Assembly: GCA_016931955.1 (NCBI GenBank)
Contig: JAFGDV010000015.1
Span: forward strand, 1 to 62,431
DNA: 62,431 nt
DNA from: Candidatus Altiarchaeota archaeon
Lineage (GTDB): Archaea > Altiarchaeota > Altiarchaeia > IMC4 > QMZM01
Direction of reading: 5' to 3'
Numbering within the stretch: the first letter of the stretch is position 1; every line of letters starts with the position of its first letter. Made by a program: the position numbers and the translations under genes. Below the pieces are notes generated by a model. That model had not been told where the DNA came from. It did not search any database and saw only the letters and a list, made by a program, of their open reading frames with translations. Below are positions 39,791 to 52,186 of the stretch, piece by piece.

Positions 39791-40304
39791 CTATGTATAT
39801 GCCGTCTTGGAATACTCTAGGATCTAAGCCGATTATCCTTGTAACCTGCTCGAGGTTGGCTGCTGTCTGCGACACATTCTCCTTGTTGTATCCGGTGACG
39901 GTAATATCCTGACCTTTAACGTCCACTGAAACGTTTTTGAGAATCTTTGTCTTCCTTGGGAACCTCTCACCCAAGAAGTTTTCTATTAGTATGGTATCGC
40001 CTTGAGTCTTCACCGTCATCGGGAAGTGAGAATAGACAACCCTCAGCTTGTATGTTATGCCATCAGATACCCCGCGGATCATGTTCTGTATATGCCCTCT
40101 CCAAGTCCCGAGAAGGGCTTTCTGTCTTTTCTTATCTGAGCCAGCCCCCAATATGACTGAGTTGTCTTTTTTTGTGATCTTTAACCTGCTGGCAGGGAAC
40201 TTCTTGCTTGATTCTCCGAGTTTTCCCTTAATGATCACATTGTTGTCTTTGATTTCGATGTCGACCCCTTCTGGTATCTTTATCTCGGCCTTGGTGTCTG
40301 TCAT
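39762..40304 (-). CDS. rpl6: Ribosomal protein uL6
   Basis: YSHFP, NFLGE, DPRVFQDGIYI. Confidence 0.98.
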   Translation of the reverse strand: MTDTKAEIKIPEGVDIEIKDNNVIIKGKLGESSKKFPASRLKITKKDNSVILGAGSDKKRQKALLGTWRGHIQNMIRGVSDGITYKLRVVYSHFPMTVKTQGDTILIENFLGERFPRKTKILKNVSVDVKGQDITVTGYNKENVSQTAANLEQVTRIIGLDPRVFQDGIYIVEKDGKKIV

Positions 40305-40308
40305 TTTG

Positions 40309-40716
40309 TTAGTATACGTATACCAGCAGTCTTCCTCCGAGTCCTTTCTCTTTGGCTTCTGTGTGGCTCATAATCCCTTGTGGGGTACTTACCACGAGGA
40401 GTCCGAAATCTCTTGCGGGGAGGAATTGTCTCTCCCATTTCTGGAATTCATCCTGTTTTACGGCATACCTGGGTTTGATGATGCCGCAGTCGTTTATCCT
40501 CTTTACCAGTTTTATCCTGATGTCGCCCCCTCGCCCGTCTTCTGAGACCTCGAACTCGCCTATGTAGCCCCCCTTCTGGAACATCCTCAGTATTTCGATC
40601 AACAGCTTGGACTTTGGTTTGACGGTACACTCGGACCTGCCTACCCTCTCATAGTTCTTTATGTTCGCTATTGCGTCGTTTATTATGTCGTGCCTCATTT
40701 TGTCTTTTATACTCAA
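40309..40716 (-). CDS. rps8: Ribosomal protein uS8
   Basis: GYIGEFE, INDCGIIKPR, LPARDFG, GGRLL. Confidence 0.98.
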   Translation of the reverse strand: MSIKDKMRHDIINDAIANIKNYERVGRSECTVKPKSKLLIEILRMFQKGGYIGEFEVSEDGRGGDIRIKLVKRINDCGIIKPRYAVKQDEFQKWERQFLPARDFGLLVVSTPQGIMSHTEAKEKGLGGRLLVYVY

Positions 40717-40774
40717 AACGAATAGAATAAAGATATTGGAAAGAAGAAATATTAATGAAGACCTTTTTTTCAGC

Positions 40775-41203
40775 TTATCTCTGGGGTTTCTCTTTTCTGT
40801 GGTGCCATAGTTCGTTCAACGAGAGATCGTTGACAGCTATCACTTTATATCGAACACCTGAGATGTCACCCATCGATCTGCTCTTTCGACCGCCTATTCC
40901 CTCAATCGTTACCTCATCGTGTTCGTCTATAAAAGTCACGGCCTTGTCCCCGGGACAAAAAGCAGTCACCTGCCTGCCGTTCTTGAGTAGTTGAACCCTG
41001 ACGCACTTTCTTATTGCGGAATTCGGCTGCTTTGCCTCAATACCCACCTTCTCGAGCACTATCCCCTTCGCCTGCGGCGCTCCTTCCAGTGGATCGTGTT
41101 TCTTCTTTAGTTTGAGGACTCTCCTAGCATAGTCTGATTTCTTCCACCTGAACTTGTGCCTCCTATCTTCAAGCTTCTTACCTGCGAACTCTCCCATTCC
41201 CAT
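40775..41203 (-). CDS. rps12: Ribosomal protein uS12
   Basis: [17 protein letters not shown]. Confidence 0.99.
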   Translation of the reverse strand: MGMGEFAGKKLEDRRHKFRWKKSDYARRVLKLKKKHDPLEGAPQAKGIVLEKVGIEAKQPNSAIRKCVRVQLLKNGRQVTAFCPGDKAVTFIDEHDEVTIEGIGGRKSRSMGDISGVRYKVIAVNDLSLNELWHHRKEKPQR

Positions 41204-41216
41204 TTTAGTACATATA

Positions 41217-41622
41217 CTATATCACTTTGATGTTTATATTATCGATGTCGTAGTGTCTCTTAGACATCTCCTTAGCCAACTTTATCCTGACACCTTCTTG
41301 GCCGATGACCCTTTTCCTATCCTTCTTATTTACGTCTATGTCCACTACCTTCTCGTTGTTGAGTTCATGTATCCTCACCTGCCTCACCTTCACAGGATGG
41401 AAGAGGTTCTTGATGAAATCGTTGACGCTTTCCGAGAATTCAACCACAAAAACGCTTTTCCCGATGACTTGGCGGACCTTCTCTATGTTCGAACCGTTCT
41501 TGCCGATGGCTAACCCCATGTCTCCCTTGTTCACGAGGAAACACATGGAGTTTTGGATCTGAACGCAGTCCTTGACCCTCGCTCCAGTCAACGTTTCGAA
41601 GAGGGTCATATACTTTATCTCT

Positions 41623-41648
<26 letters not shown>
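41217..41648 (-). CDS. nusA: Archaeal NusA
   Basis: [13 protein letters not shown] motif; operon position. Confidence 0.95.
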
Positions 41649-43004
<1,356 letters not shown>

Positions 43005-43009
43005 TCAGT

Positions 43010-45487
43010 CTAAAACCCCTCAATATAACACTCATTTGTAGGATCAATACCGTCCTCTCCATAATTGAACTGAACTATTACCCCAGTGTCTCCCCTGACG
43101 GTGCCGTCTGGGTAGACAACCAAATCCTGTAGGGCATTTATGAGCCTTCTCTGCATGTATCCGCTTCTCGCGGTTCTGATGGCTGTATCTACTAGGCTTT
43201 CTCTTCCCCCCATGGAATGGAAGAAGTATTCCGTCGGGGTTAAACCCATCTTGAAGCTTGAGGCGACAAAGCCGTTAGCCTCCGAAGAAACATCGCCTTT
43301 CTTGAAGTGCGGCAGTGTTCTTGCGTTGTAGCCCCTTTTTATCCTCTTCCCCCTCACAGCCTGCTGTCCTACGATGCCAGCCATCTGAGTCAGGTTGAGG
43401 AGGCTTCCCCGGGCACCTGACCTGGACATTATCAGCGACGATGTATGCCTAGAGTATTCTTCGGCGATTTCTCCGGCGGCATTTCTTACATGACTGAGTT
43501 CTGCCATGACCATATCCTCCAGGGTTTCTTCCATTGATTTTCCGGGGATTATCCTAAGTTCGCCTTTGTGGTATGATTGTACTAGTTCGTCGACCTTTGC
43601 TTTTGCCTTCTTTGTGATGTCCCTTATCTTCTTCAGGGCTTCCTCAGAGAGGTCTGAATCGTCTATGCCGACACTGAAGCCGTATTTCATTATTGCTCGG
43701 ATACTCAAGAGTGTTGACTTGTCGATGAACTCCCTTGAGACGTCGGAGCCGTATCGAGTGAAGAGCTTTTCAAGGAGGATCCCGCCAAGGCCTTCCTTGT
43801 CTATGACGCCGGAGACGAGTTTTCCCTTATCTATCTTGACGCGACTCTGTTTGCCCTTGTATTCCAGACTGAAATCCTTGGGCAGCATCAGACTGAAAAT
43901 CTCCTTTCCAGTGAACCTCTTCTTTCCTTTGGGAAGCTCTACTGTGTTCCTTGTGATGTCTAAGGCCTCCGCCCGGCTGAGCTCTACTTCATCCCTTGTT
44001 AGTAGCGTCATCCCTGTTACGTGATCCTGTCTGCCGCCGATTATTGGTTTTCCGTATCTTGGGGAGATAATGCATTCCTGGACCTTCATTAGGATATCTG
44101 CTTCAGCTATAGCCTCCTCTGATTGCGGAACATGTAGATTCATTTCGTCCCCGTCAAAGTCCGCATTGTAGGGGGCGCAGACTGCGGTGTTCAGTCTAAG
44201 TGTTTTTTCGGGCAGGACCCTGACGCGGTGGCACATCATCGAGATTCTGTGCAAAGAGGGCTGTCTGTTGAATATCACCACATCGCCGTCCTTCAGGTGT
44301 CTCTCCACTATGTCACCCTCTGTGACGGTTTTAGCTATCTCCTCCTTGTTCTCCTCCATGATCCTCTTCCTACCGATGGGTGTTATGACGTTGTGTGCTC
44401 CAGGATGGACGTGGGGGCCGTTCAGAACATACAGCCTAAGTTCCTCTATGTTCCTATCGTTGACCTCTTCTGGAACCGTGAGTTCCATGGCGATTATTTC
44501 GGGAACAGCGACCTCGTTTATGCTCAGATTTGGGTCTGGGCTGATGACGGTTCTCGCTGAAAAATTGACCCTCTTACCTGAGAGGTTCTTCCTGAACCTG
44601 CCCTCCTTGCTTTTGAGTCTCTGGGCTATCGTCTTCAGGGGTCTGCCAGATCTGTGTCTGGCAGGTGGGATCCCGGTTATTCCGTTATCAAAATAGGTTG
44701 CAACATGGTACTGTAGTAGATCCCATAGATCCTCTATGATGAGCTGTGGTGCGCCTGAGTTTATGTTTTCCTCAAGTCTCTGGTTTATCCTCAGGATGTC
44801 GACCAGTTTATGCGTTAAGTCATCTTCGCTTCTGTCGCTTGACTCCAGTGTTATTGATGGTCTAGTGGTTATGGGCAGAACCGGTATGGATGAGAGGATC
44901 AGCCAGTCCGGCCTCACCTTAAGGCCTAGATACCGGAGATCTTCGTCATTTATCTTCTCGAACCTTTCTCGTATGTCTGTAACCAGCAGATTGTTCTCGC
45001 CCTCGTAGTAGGAGTAGGGTCTTACGAACTTTATCTTAACCTGTTTTTCTCCGCAGTGTGGGCACTTCCCTTCGGATTCGCTCACCTTTTGTGCGTTCTC
45101 CCATATGGCATTGGATTCTGTAGGCGTTATGTTCTCCAACTTGTAGCTATCAAGTTCTTCTTTTTGTATGAGGATTCTGCCACATACCCGGCAGGTCATC
45201 TTAAGAAGTAGGTAGACCTCCCTTGCGTAACCCACGTGGATGACGGGCCTTGTCAGTTCCACGTGACCGAAATGCCCCTGGCATTCACCGAGGCGCCCTC
45301 CACATGTTTTACACTTGATGCCCGGGTCTATGACTCCTAGGCGTGGATCCATGAGACCGCCTTCGATAGGGTAGCCGTCTTCATCGTAGGTATTTGGGGT
45401 GTAGATCTTAGCAGCCGATAGTTTCTGTATCATCTTCGATGAAAACAACCTGAATTCTATTTTGTCTATCTTCTTTCTTACAGCCAT
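43010..45487 (-). CDS. rpoA1: RNA polymerase subunit Rpo1N (A')
   Basis: NADFDGDEMN catalytic motif. Confidence 0.99.
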   Translation of the reverse strand: MAVRKKIDKIEFRLFSSKMIQKLSAAKIYTPNTYDEDGYPIEGGLMDPRLGVIDPGIKCKTCGGRLGECQGHFGHVELTRPVIHVGYAREVYLLLKMTCRVCGRILIQKEELDSYKLENITPTESNAIWENAQKVSESEGKCPHCGEKQVKIKFVRPYSYYEGENNLLVTDIRERFEKINDEDLRYLGLKVRPDWLILSSIPVLPITTRPSITLESSDRSEDDLTHKLVDILRINQRLEENINSGAPQLIIEDLWDLLQYHVATYFDNGITGIPPARHRSGRPLKTIAQRLKSKEGRFRKNLSGKRVNFSARTVISPDPNLSINEVAVPEIIAMELTVPEEVNDRNIEELRLYVLNGPHVHPGAHNVITPIGRKRIMEENKEEIAKTVTEGDIVERHLKDGDVVIFNRQPSLHRISMMCHRVRVLPEKTLRLNTAVCAPYNADFDGDEMNLHVPQSEEAIAEADILMKVQECIISPRYGKPIIGGRQDHVTGMTLLTRDEVELSRAEALDITRNTVELPKGKKRFTGKEIFSLMLPKDFSLEYKGKQSRVKIDKGKLVSGVIDKEGLGGILLEKLFTRYGSDVSREFIDKSTLLSIRAIMKYGFSVGIDDSDLSEEALKKIRDITKKAKAKVDELVQSYHKGELRIIPGKSMEETLEDMVMAELSHVRNAAGEIAEEYSRHTSSLIMSRSGARGSLLNLTQMAGIVGQQAVRGKRIKRGYNARTLPHFKKGDVSSEANGFVASSFKMGLTPTEYFFHSMGGRESLVDTAIRTARSGYMQRRLINALQDLVVYPDGTVRGDTGVIVQFNYGEDGIDPTNECYIEGF

Positions 45488-45502
45488 TTTATTCTCCTGA
45501 TC

Positions 45503-48500
45503 TTAAGCCCTGTCACTGAGCAGCAGCTTGGGGTAGATGCACATACCCATCAATTCATTCAACAACAGCTTGAATGCGTAGGCAATCTCTACCGGGTAGG
45601 TTTCTACTTCGCCGCAGATTGGGCAGTACATCTGTTCTTTCTCTAAATCGCGTATTGCTACGAGACCGCATTTTGAGCATACTGGAACGATGATCTTATC
45701 CGATTCATCAAGTAGCCTGTCCTTTAGCATCATCGAAGCTCCATGAGCTATCAAACAGTCCCTTTCCATCTCTCCAAAGCGTAGCCCTCCTTCCCGCGCC
45801 CTCCCTTCTGTCGGCTGTCTCGTCAGCATCTGCACTGGGCCGCGGCTCCTTGCGTGAATCTTGTTCGCCACCATGTGGTGCAGTTTTTGGTAGTATATCC
45901 CGCCAATGAATATTTCGGCATCGTATTTCTTTCCGCTCACGCCGTCATACATTACCTCTTTGCCTTTGTCATCGAAGTTGAACTCCTTCAGAATCGCCCT
46001 CAGGCTTTCTTCCCTGTCGTTGTCGAAGGCTGTTGAGTCCACCAGCCTACCAGTTAATGAAGCAGCCTTTCCGCCTATCATCTCCAAAACGTGGCCGATG
46101 GTCATTCTCGATGGGATTGCGTGCGGGTTTATTATAAGGTCAGGAACTATGCCGTCTTTGGTGAAAGGCATATCCTCATGGGCCACAATCAGACCTACAA
46201 CGCCTTTCTGTCCGTGCCTGGATGAGAACTTGTCTCCTAACTCTGGAATCCTCTGGCTTCTCACCCTGACCTTAGCCAGCTTGTTCTTTTCCAAGGTCTC
46301 TGATAAGACAACGCTGTCAACGGTTCCGGACTCCATATGCCTGACCGTTGTTGAGTTCTCTCTCCTCTTTTCCTCCACTATGCCGTATGGGCCGATCTCT
46401 TCCAAGAACCGTGGGGGTGAGGTCTTACCTATCAAGACCTCGTCTGTGTTGATGTCTGTTTCAGGGTATATCAAGCCGTCTTCATCAAGTTTGGAGTATG
46501 TTTCCTCTGACTGATAGCCTTCAACGCCCTCGTTGGGTTTTTCGAACTTGTCTTTCTGGCCTGATGGGTAACCCCTCTCCTCGGCACAATATGTTCTGTA
46601 AAACGTTGATCTTCCAAGACCCCTCTCGATTGAGCTCTTATTAAGGACGATTGCATCCTCCATGTTATAGCCTTCATAACTCATGATAGCGACAATAAAG
46701 TTCTGACCTGCGGGTCTCCTCCCGTAATTAATACATTCTGTTATGCCTGTCCTCACCAAAGGGGTCTGCGGATAGTGCAGTATGTTAGCCCGGCTATCAA
46801 ATCTTGAATGATAGTTTGATGCATATATGCCTAGGGACTGTTTTGCCATGGAAGCAGCCATCGTCACCCTTGGGGATGAGTTGTGTTCCGGGTAGGGGGC
46901 GAAGCTGGATGCGACCCCCAGGATCAGTGCAGGCGAGACCTCACAGTGTGTATGCTCTTTATTTATGTCTTCCTGTTGCACTGCAATAAATGAGTTCTCT
47001 TCCTCTTCCGCGTCAATATACTCTACAACCCCATCTTTGATGAGGTCGTCCCATGTTGTCTTTCCTTCCCTCAGTTCTCTGACGTGTTTTTCAGTTAACT
47101 TTGATCCTCCATCTTCGACAACGATTATTGGTCTGAGGACTCTCCCCTTGTCAGTGTAGATCTGTATCTCGTTGTTTTCTTCTCTGTAGCTTATTGAGGC
47201 AGACGGGTCTATGTGTCCATCCCTCCTAATCTTCCGCAGTCTCTGGACCAGAAGCTCTGGTTGTGAGTGCCTTCCAATCAATCTGCCGTTGAGGTTAACG
47301 TAGACGTCTTTTCTCTTGCCGCCCTGTTCCAAGACCCTGAATTCATGGAGGTATTTTTCTATAGGTGCTTCGTCGACGTCATGTGATATTCTCACACCTA
47401 CCGCCAAATTTTTGACCAGACCGCAGTTCTGACCCTCAGGTGTCTCATTTGGGCATATCCTACCCCACTGCGTCGCGTGCAGGTCTCGTGCTTCGAAGTG
47501 GGGATGGCTTCTGCTAAGCAGAGAAGATACCCTCCGCCTGTGTGCGATCGAGCTTAAGTAGTTCGTTCTGTCAAGTACCTGACTTACGCCGCTTCTGCCG
47601 CCAGTCCAGTTTCCAGTTGCAAGAGCATAGCAGATACTCTCCGTTAGGTTGTTGCTCCTGACAGCAGTCCTTATGTTAACCTGTCTGTGTCGCGCGTTCT
47701 GTTTCTCCAACTGGTATTTTATGTCCCTAGCAATCTTGTTGAAGCTGACTCTGAAGAGTTCTTGCATTAGGTCCCCAGCAAGCCTTAGCCTCTTATTCGA
47801 GTAATGGTCTTTGTCATCCTGCTCACGCTTACCGTATGCTAACTCGAGCACTTTTCTCGCCATAATCCCCAGGTAGATCCCCTTGGATCGTCTGTCTTTT
47901 TCCGTGTTCCCTATGTGCGGCAGTAGGAAGTTGTTTATGACCTGGTTTGCCCTAGTGGCCTGATATTGTTTAGCGTGTCCTGCACCCGCCCTCTTGCCAA
48001 GGTAGTCGAATGCGTCGTCTTGGCTCATGCTTTTTAGTTCCAGGTTCATCAGGATCTCCAGCTTAGAGTCTTCGTCGTCGAATAAGTCAAGGATTTCTTC
48101 ATCTGTTAGACCCAGAGCCTTCATCAGGATCGTGAGAGAAATCTTGTTCGGTATCCCTGGGAAAGTGACATACAACGTTCCAGTGCTTCCGCCCTCTACA
48201 TATTCTACGGTAATCCTCGACCGGAAGCCCTGTCTCACAGAGAAGACCTTCGCTATTATCACGTCTTTTCCTGCCACATTCTCCATAGTTGTGACTATCC
48301 TATTAGGTGCCAGGTCTTCGACAATGATCAGTGATCTCTCTGTCCCGTTTATGATGAAGTAGCCCCCTAGGTCTAGAGGATCCTCATTGTTTTTTGTTAA
48401 TTCTCCGTCTGAGAGACCGTAGAGAAGGCAGCGTTTGGATCTCAGCATTATTGGGAGGTGGCCTATCTCCACCTCCACTGATTCCCCGTTTTCTATGAAC

Positions 48501-48766
48501 TCTAGCAGAATGGGGGCGGAGTAGGTTAGATTCCTTAGTGAGCATTCGAAAGGGTATCTGCTTTCTGGGCTCTGTCCTGATTCGTTAACTACAGGGGCAT
48601 CAACCCTTATCTTCCCCAGCTCTAGGCTGTAGCCTTCTACGTCTACCTCTATCTCCCCTCTTTCGTCGATGACCTCCTGCAGGCCTTTTTCGAGCAGCCA
48701 GTTGAAGGATTCTATCTGAAAGTTTATTAAGTCCCCTGTCTTGATGAAGTCTTTTAGTTGAATCAA
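45503..48766 (-). CDS. rpoB: RNA polymerase subunit Rpo2 (B), unsplit
   Basis: GGYFIING, ETPEGQNCG, GDKFSSRHGQKG, RFGEMERD. Confidence 0.99.
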   Translation of the reverse strand: MIQLKDFIKTGDLINFQIESFNWLLEKGLQEVIDERGEIEVDVEGYSLELGKIRVDAPVVNESGQSPESRYPFECSLRNLTYSAPILLEFIENGESVEVEIGHLPIMLRSKRCLLYGLSDGELTKNNEDPLDLGGYFIINGTERSLIIVEDLAPNRIVTTMENVAGKDVIIAKVFSVRQGFRSRITVEYVEGGSTGTLYVTFPGIPNKISLTILMKALGLTDEEILDLFDDEDSKLEILMNLELKSMSQDDAFDYLGKRAGAGHAKQYQATRANQVINNFLLPHIGNTEKDRRSKGIYLGIMARKVLELAYGKREQDDKDHYSNKRLRLAGDLMQELFRVSFNKIARDIKYQLEKQNARHRQVNIRTAVRSNNLTESICYALATGNWTGGRSGVSQVLDRTNYLSSIAHRRRVSSLLSRSHPHFEARDLHATQWGRICPNETPEGQNCGLVKNLAVGVRISHDVDEAPIEKYLHEFRVLEQGGKRKDVYVNLNGRLIGRHSQPELLVQRLRKIRRDGHIDPSASISYREENNEIQIYTDKGRVLRPIIVVEDGGSKLTEKHVRELREGKTTWDDLIKDGVVEYIDAEEEENSFIAVQQEDINKEHTHCEVSPALILGVASSFAPYPEHNSSPRVTMAASMAKQSLGIYASNYHSRFDSRANILHYPQTPLVRTGITECINYGRRPAGQNFIVAIMSYEGYNMEDAIVLNKSSIERGLGRSTFYRTYCAEERGYPSGQKDKFEKPNEGVEGYQSEETYSKLDEDGLIYPETDINTDEVLIGKTSPPRFLEEIGPYGIVEEKRRENSTTVRHMESGTVDSVVLSETLEKNKLAKVRVRSQRIPELGDKFSSRHGQKGVVGLIVAHEDMPFTKDGIVPDLIINPHAIPSRMTIGHVLEMIGGKAASLTGRLVDSTAFDNDREESLRAILKEFNFDDKGKEVMYDGVSGKKYDAEIFIGGIYYQKLHHMVANKIHARSRGPVQMLTRQPTEGRAREGGLRFGEMERDCLIAHGASMMLKDRLLDESDKIIVPVCSKCGLVAIRDLEKEQMYCPICGEVETYPVEIAYAFKLLLNELMGMCIYPKLLLSDRA

Positions 48767-48770
48767 TTTA

Positions 48771-49004
48771 TCACCCTTCTATCACAAGTCTATAATAGAA
48801 AGCATTCCCAGCAGTTGGGCTTATCCTCGTTATCCCTACTATGTCTCCAACCTTTGGGTTTAGTTCCCTTATTGCGGGGTCGCTTTTTAACATCCTAGGC
48901 AGCTCGTTGGGGGTTATGTTATAGAATTTAAGTATCTTCTCAGACTTTTTTTCGTCTAAGATTTCGTGTTTAGGTACAAGAGCGTTCTTCAATTTCGACC
49001 CCAA
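48771..49004 (-). CDS. rpoH: RNA polymerase subunit Rpo5 (H)
   Basis: LVPKHEIL, LPRMLKSDP, SPTAG...YYRLV. Confidence 0.96.
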   Translation of the reverse strand: MGSKLKNALVPKHEILDEKKSEKILKFYNITPNELPRMLKSDPAIRELNPKVGDIVGITRISPTAGNAFYYRLVIEG

Positions 49005-49060
49005 AGAAAGTAGTAACTTAATATATCTACTTTTTCCTTTAAAAATGGGGATTCAATATA

Positions 49061-49966
49061 TCAACCCATGTAAAAATGCCTTATTACGTCGCTTGTCGTC
49101 ACTATCCCCTCTATCTTGTTGTTTTTTATAACAGGGAATCCTCCAATCCCAGTTTCTTTCACGAGTTTTGGTACGAGGGCGAGGTCGTCTTCAGGTTTCA
49201 GGGTTATGACCTTTTTCTTCATTATGTCCTCAACCCGTGTTTTGCTTAATACCTCCTCAGCATTTACGCCCTTGAATTCCCCGTAGCCAAGGAACCTAAG
49301 AACATCGAAGACAGTGATTATGCCGATAAGCTCGTCTTCTCGTACAACAGGTAGTCTCCTCAACCTGTTTCTTACCATTATCTTTGAGACGTCAGAGATC
49401 ATCATGCCTGGAGAGGAGGTTATGCATTTCCGGCTCATAGCCTCTTTAACCGATAAACCAAATGCGTCTGAGATCGGTAGAACATCCCTTTCCGTGACAA
49501 TGGCGATAACTTTCTTTGCCTCTAAGTCTTCTACTATGGGAATAGATGATGTCTTCTTCTTGATTATTATCTTTATGACATCATCTATTGAAGCCTTTTT
49601 GTCTACGTAAGCCGGATTCGGGTTCATTATCTTGCTTATTGGGCAGTTTATAGCCGAGAGAAAATTCCCATTGTAATCCTTCAGTATGATGTTGTATTTT
49701 TCCCCCCCACCCAAGAAGTCGAGTATGTCTATTGCTACAGCCATACCCTCTAACCTGTTCGTCCCCGCATCCGTTATAGGGATCCTCCTGAAGTCGTGTT
49801 CCTCCATCAGCTTGGCGACATTCCTTATCGAATTCAGTGGATGAGTCGTTACCACATTCTTTTCCGCTATGACAATAACGTTCCCTTCCCGCTCCGCCAT
49901 GTGCGATTTAAACTCCCTGGGTCCGCGGTCTCCTGATTTTCCTATATCAGATTTTCCAATAGTCAT
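49061..49966 (-). CDS. Four-CBS-domain protein
   Basis: Repeated RRIP/RRLPVV and GIVTTSD motifs. Confidence 0.9.
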   Translation of the reverse strand: MTIGKSDIGKSGDRGPREFKSHMAEREGNVIVIAEKNVVTTHPLNSIRNVAKLMEEHDFRRIPITDAGTNRLEGMAVAIDILDFLGGGEKYNIILKDYNGNFLSAINCPISKIMNPNPAYVDKKASIDDVIKIIIKKKTSSIPIVEDLEAKKVIAIVTERDVLPISDAFGLSVKEAMSRKCITSSPGMMISDVSKIMVRNRLRRLPVVREDELIGIITVFDVLRFLGYGEFKGVNAEEVLSKTRVEDIMKKKVITLKPEDDLALVPKLVKETGIGGFPVIKNNKIEGIVTTSDVIRHFYMG

Positions 49967-49976
49967 TTTATCTCAG

Positions 49977-50735
49977 TTATTCTCCATGAACTATACTGCA
50001 GACCTTCTTTACCATAGAAACCCGGTCCTTTGCCTGGAATATGTTTCTCCCGATGGATACGCCTTGGGCTCCGCAGTCCATGGCGTCCTCTATCATCTTG
50101 AACAGGTCTGCTTCGCTCTCTATCTTGGGTCCGCCTGCGATCACTATTGGCACAGGGCATCCGTCTATTACCTCCTTGAAGCTTTTCTTGTCTCCGGTGT
50201 AGACGGTCTTTATTATGTCCGCCCCAAGTTCTGCGCCTATTCTTGCGACGTGTTTCACGTACTTTACGTCGTGTTCGTTTTCCACCTTCTTTCCGCGGGC
50301 GTACATCATAGCTAACAATGGCATGCCGTATTCGTCGCATTCTGCGGCTAACATACCTAGATTGTGTAACATCTCTGGTTCGTTTCCAGCCCCCACATTA
50401 ACGTGAACCGATACTGCATCAGCTCCTAGGCGGATTGCTTCTTTTATTGAGGTAACCTGCACTTTCGCGTTAGGGTCTGGTGCCAGCGTCGTTCCACCAG
50501 AGAGGTGTATTATCAACCCAATATCCCGTCCGTAACCCCTGTGACCCGCCCCCACGATGCCTTTATGCATAAGAACTGCGTCGGCCCCACCCTCTGCGAT
50601 GTCACTGATTGTCTCAACCATGTCCTCCAACCCTGAAATAGGGCCAACAGAGACTCCATGGTCCACTGGGACGATCACGGTCTTCTTCGACTTCCGGTCG
50701 AAGATCCTTTCCATTCTTATTCTCTTACCTATCAT
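49977..50735 (-). CDS. aroA': 2-amino-3,7-dideoxy-D-threo-hept-6-ulosonate synthase (class I aldolase)
   Basis: [40 protein letters not shown]. Confidence 0.85.
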   Translation of the reverse strand: MIGKRIRMERIFDRKSKKTVIVPVDHGVSVGPISGLEDMVETISDIAEGGADAVLMHKGIVGAGHRGYGRDIGLIIHLSGGTTLAPDPNAKVQVTSIKEAIRLGADAVSVHVNVGAGNEPEMLHNLGMLAAECDEYGMPLLAMMYARGKKVENEHDVKYVKHVARIGAELGADIIKTVYTGDKKSFKEVIDGCPVPIVIAGGPKIESEADLFKMIEDAMDCGAQGVSIGRNIFQAKDRVSMVKKVCSIVHGE

Positions 50736-50784
50736 TGCGTCAAATACTTGGAAACAGGGACATAAAAAACACCCTCTTTAGGTA

Positions 50785-51570
50785 TTATACCCTGCAGCTC
50801 CCTTCCGCTATCACATTGTGCCTGTGTATCGATTCCTCAGAGATGGTCTTCACCCTGATCTTTACGTTCTTGAATCTTTTCTTGGCGTTGTTCAATATGC
50901 CCCTGGTCACGTCTTCCACGAATCTGGGGTTCTCATACATTTCTCTGACAACCTGTTTCTCGTCCTCTGCCTTCAGGATGGTGTAGACCCTTGAGGGGAA
51001 CGCATCCTCCACGCACTCTATCATGTCTTCCAGGTCTATTTCATTCCCGTAGTCCGTCTCTATCTCGAGTATTCCAATGGCTCTCTGGATGTGAGTTTTT
51101 CCCTCGCATTTGTTCATGGCGTGGGGGCATACAGTGTTTCCAAAGACCTCCACCAGCAGCCTCTTGGTGTAGACGCCTTTGTCTGATGAAACCGTTACCT
51201 CTACGCCGTAGGTCTCCATGGTTGTTTTCCCGGTCACCGGCGTCTTCTTAGGCACAACTAGTTCGGTCTTCATCGTGATCTCAGCGTGATTGAATGAGTG
51301 TTTTCCCTTCAGTTTCTCTAGTATGTTTTTTTCTATTTCCTCCAGTGAGCCGTGCCGTATCTCAACCTCCTCTTCAATGCACTCTGTGATGGATTCAACG
51401 AGTCGGCTCATGTGCACTCCTTTTCTTTCCTTGTCCAGGTCCAGGGTCAGCTCTATCTCTGGAACGAAATTATAGCGTCGGCCCTTCCAGTTGGTCATAA
51501 CAATCGTTTTCAGACCTGTCACACCTACTCGTCCAAGCCTTTCCATGATCTCAGGCTTCTTGTCTTGCAT
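50785..51570 (-). CDS. folE2: GTP cyclohydrolase, FolE2/MptA family
   Basis: KGVHMSR, TVCP, HIQR, NPRFVEDV, ESIHRHN. Confidence 0.9.
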   Translation of the reverse strand: MQDKKPEIMERLGRVGVTGLKTIVMTNWKGRRYNFVPEIELTLDLDKERKGVHMSRLVESITECIEEEVEIRHGSLEEIEKNILEKLKGKHSFNHAEITMKTELVVPKKTPVTGKTTMETYGVEVTVSSDKGVYTKRLLVEVFGNTVCPHAMNKCEGKTHIQRAIGILEIETDYGNEIDLEDMIECVEDAFPSRVYTILKAEDEKQVVREMYENPRFVEDVTRGILNNAKKRFKNVKIRVKTISEESIHRHNVIAEGSCRV

Positions 51571-51571
51571 T

Positions 51572-52186
51572 CTACTTCACTCCAAGGATCTTATGGATTT
51601 GAGGAATAACCCGCACATTCTCAGGTATCTTTTCCATAACCATCCTATAGTCGAGCTTATCCATGACGCTGTATTCCGGCTGCAGGATCCAGTTCGGGTA
51701 CTTTTCATCATAAACTGACTGGAAGAAATCCAGGTCCCTTTCATCTTGTACTATGATCTTCAGCTGACTCTTCCCCGGGTTTCTCAGACAGTATCCTATT
51801 GTCATTGGATCCCATTCGGCGTTCCCGCTCGAAGGCGGCTTAATATCGGCTGAAACAAAGTCGGAGTTCTCCAATACATTTTCATCATATATTGTAGAGT
51901 TCGTCTCCAGGTGGACCTTGAATCCATTCTTGTGTAGCCCCTTGATCAGTTCTTCCAGGCCTTCCTCCAGCATCGGCTCTCCTCCAGTCAGAGACACCCA
52001 AGACCATCTTCTGTCCAGTTTTTTCAGGATCTCCCCTATAGCTGTCTTTTTTCCTTCGCCGAAGTCTGTGTCGCACCATTTACAGTTCAGGTTGCATCTG
52101 CAGAACCTGATGAAGTTCATCGGTTTCCCCACGAGGAGTCCTTCCCCCTGTATTGAGCTGAAGACTTCATCTATCAAGTACATCAT
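51572..52186 (-). CDS. queE: 7-carboxy-7-deazaguanine synthase
   Basis: FSSIQGEG, CNLNCKWCDT, LTGGEP, PQIHK. Confidence 0.95.
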   Translation of the reverse strand: MMYLIDEVFSSIQGEGLLVGKPMNFIRFCRCNLNCKWCDTDFGEGKKTAIGEILKKLDRRWSWVSLTGGEPMLEEGLEELIKGLHKNGFKVHLETNSTIYDENVLENSDFVSADIKPPSSGNAEWDPMTIGYCLRNPGKSQLKIIVQDERDLDFFQSVYDEKYPNWILQPEYSVMDKLDYRMVMEKIPENVRVIPQIHKILGVK

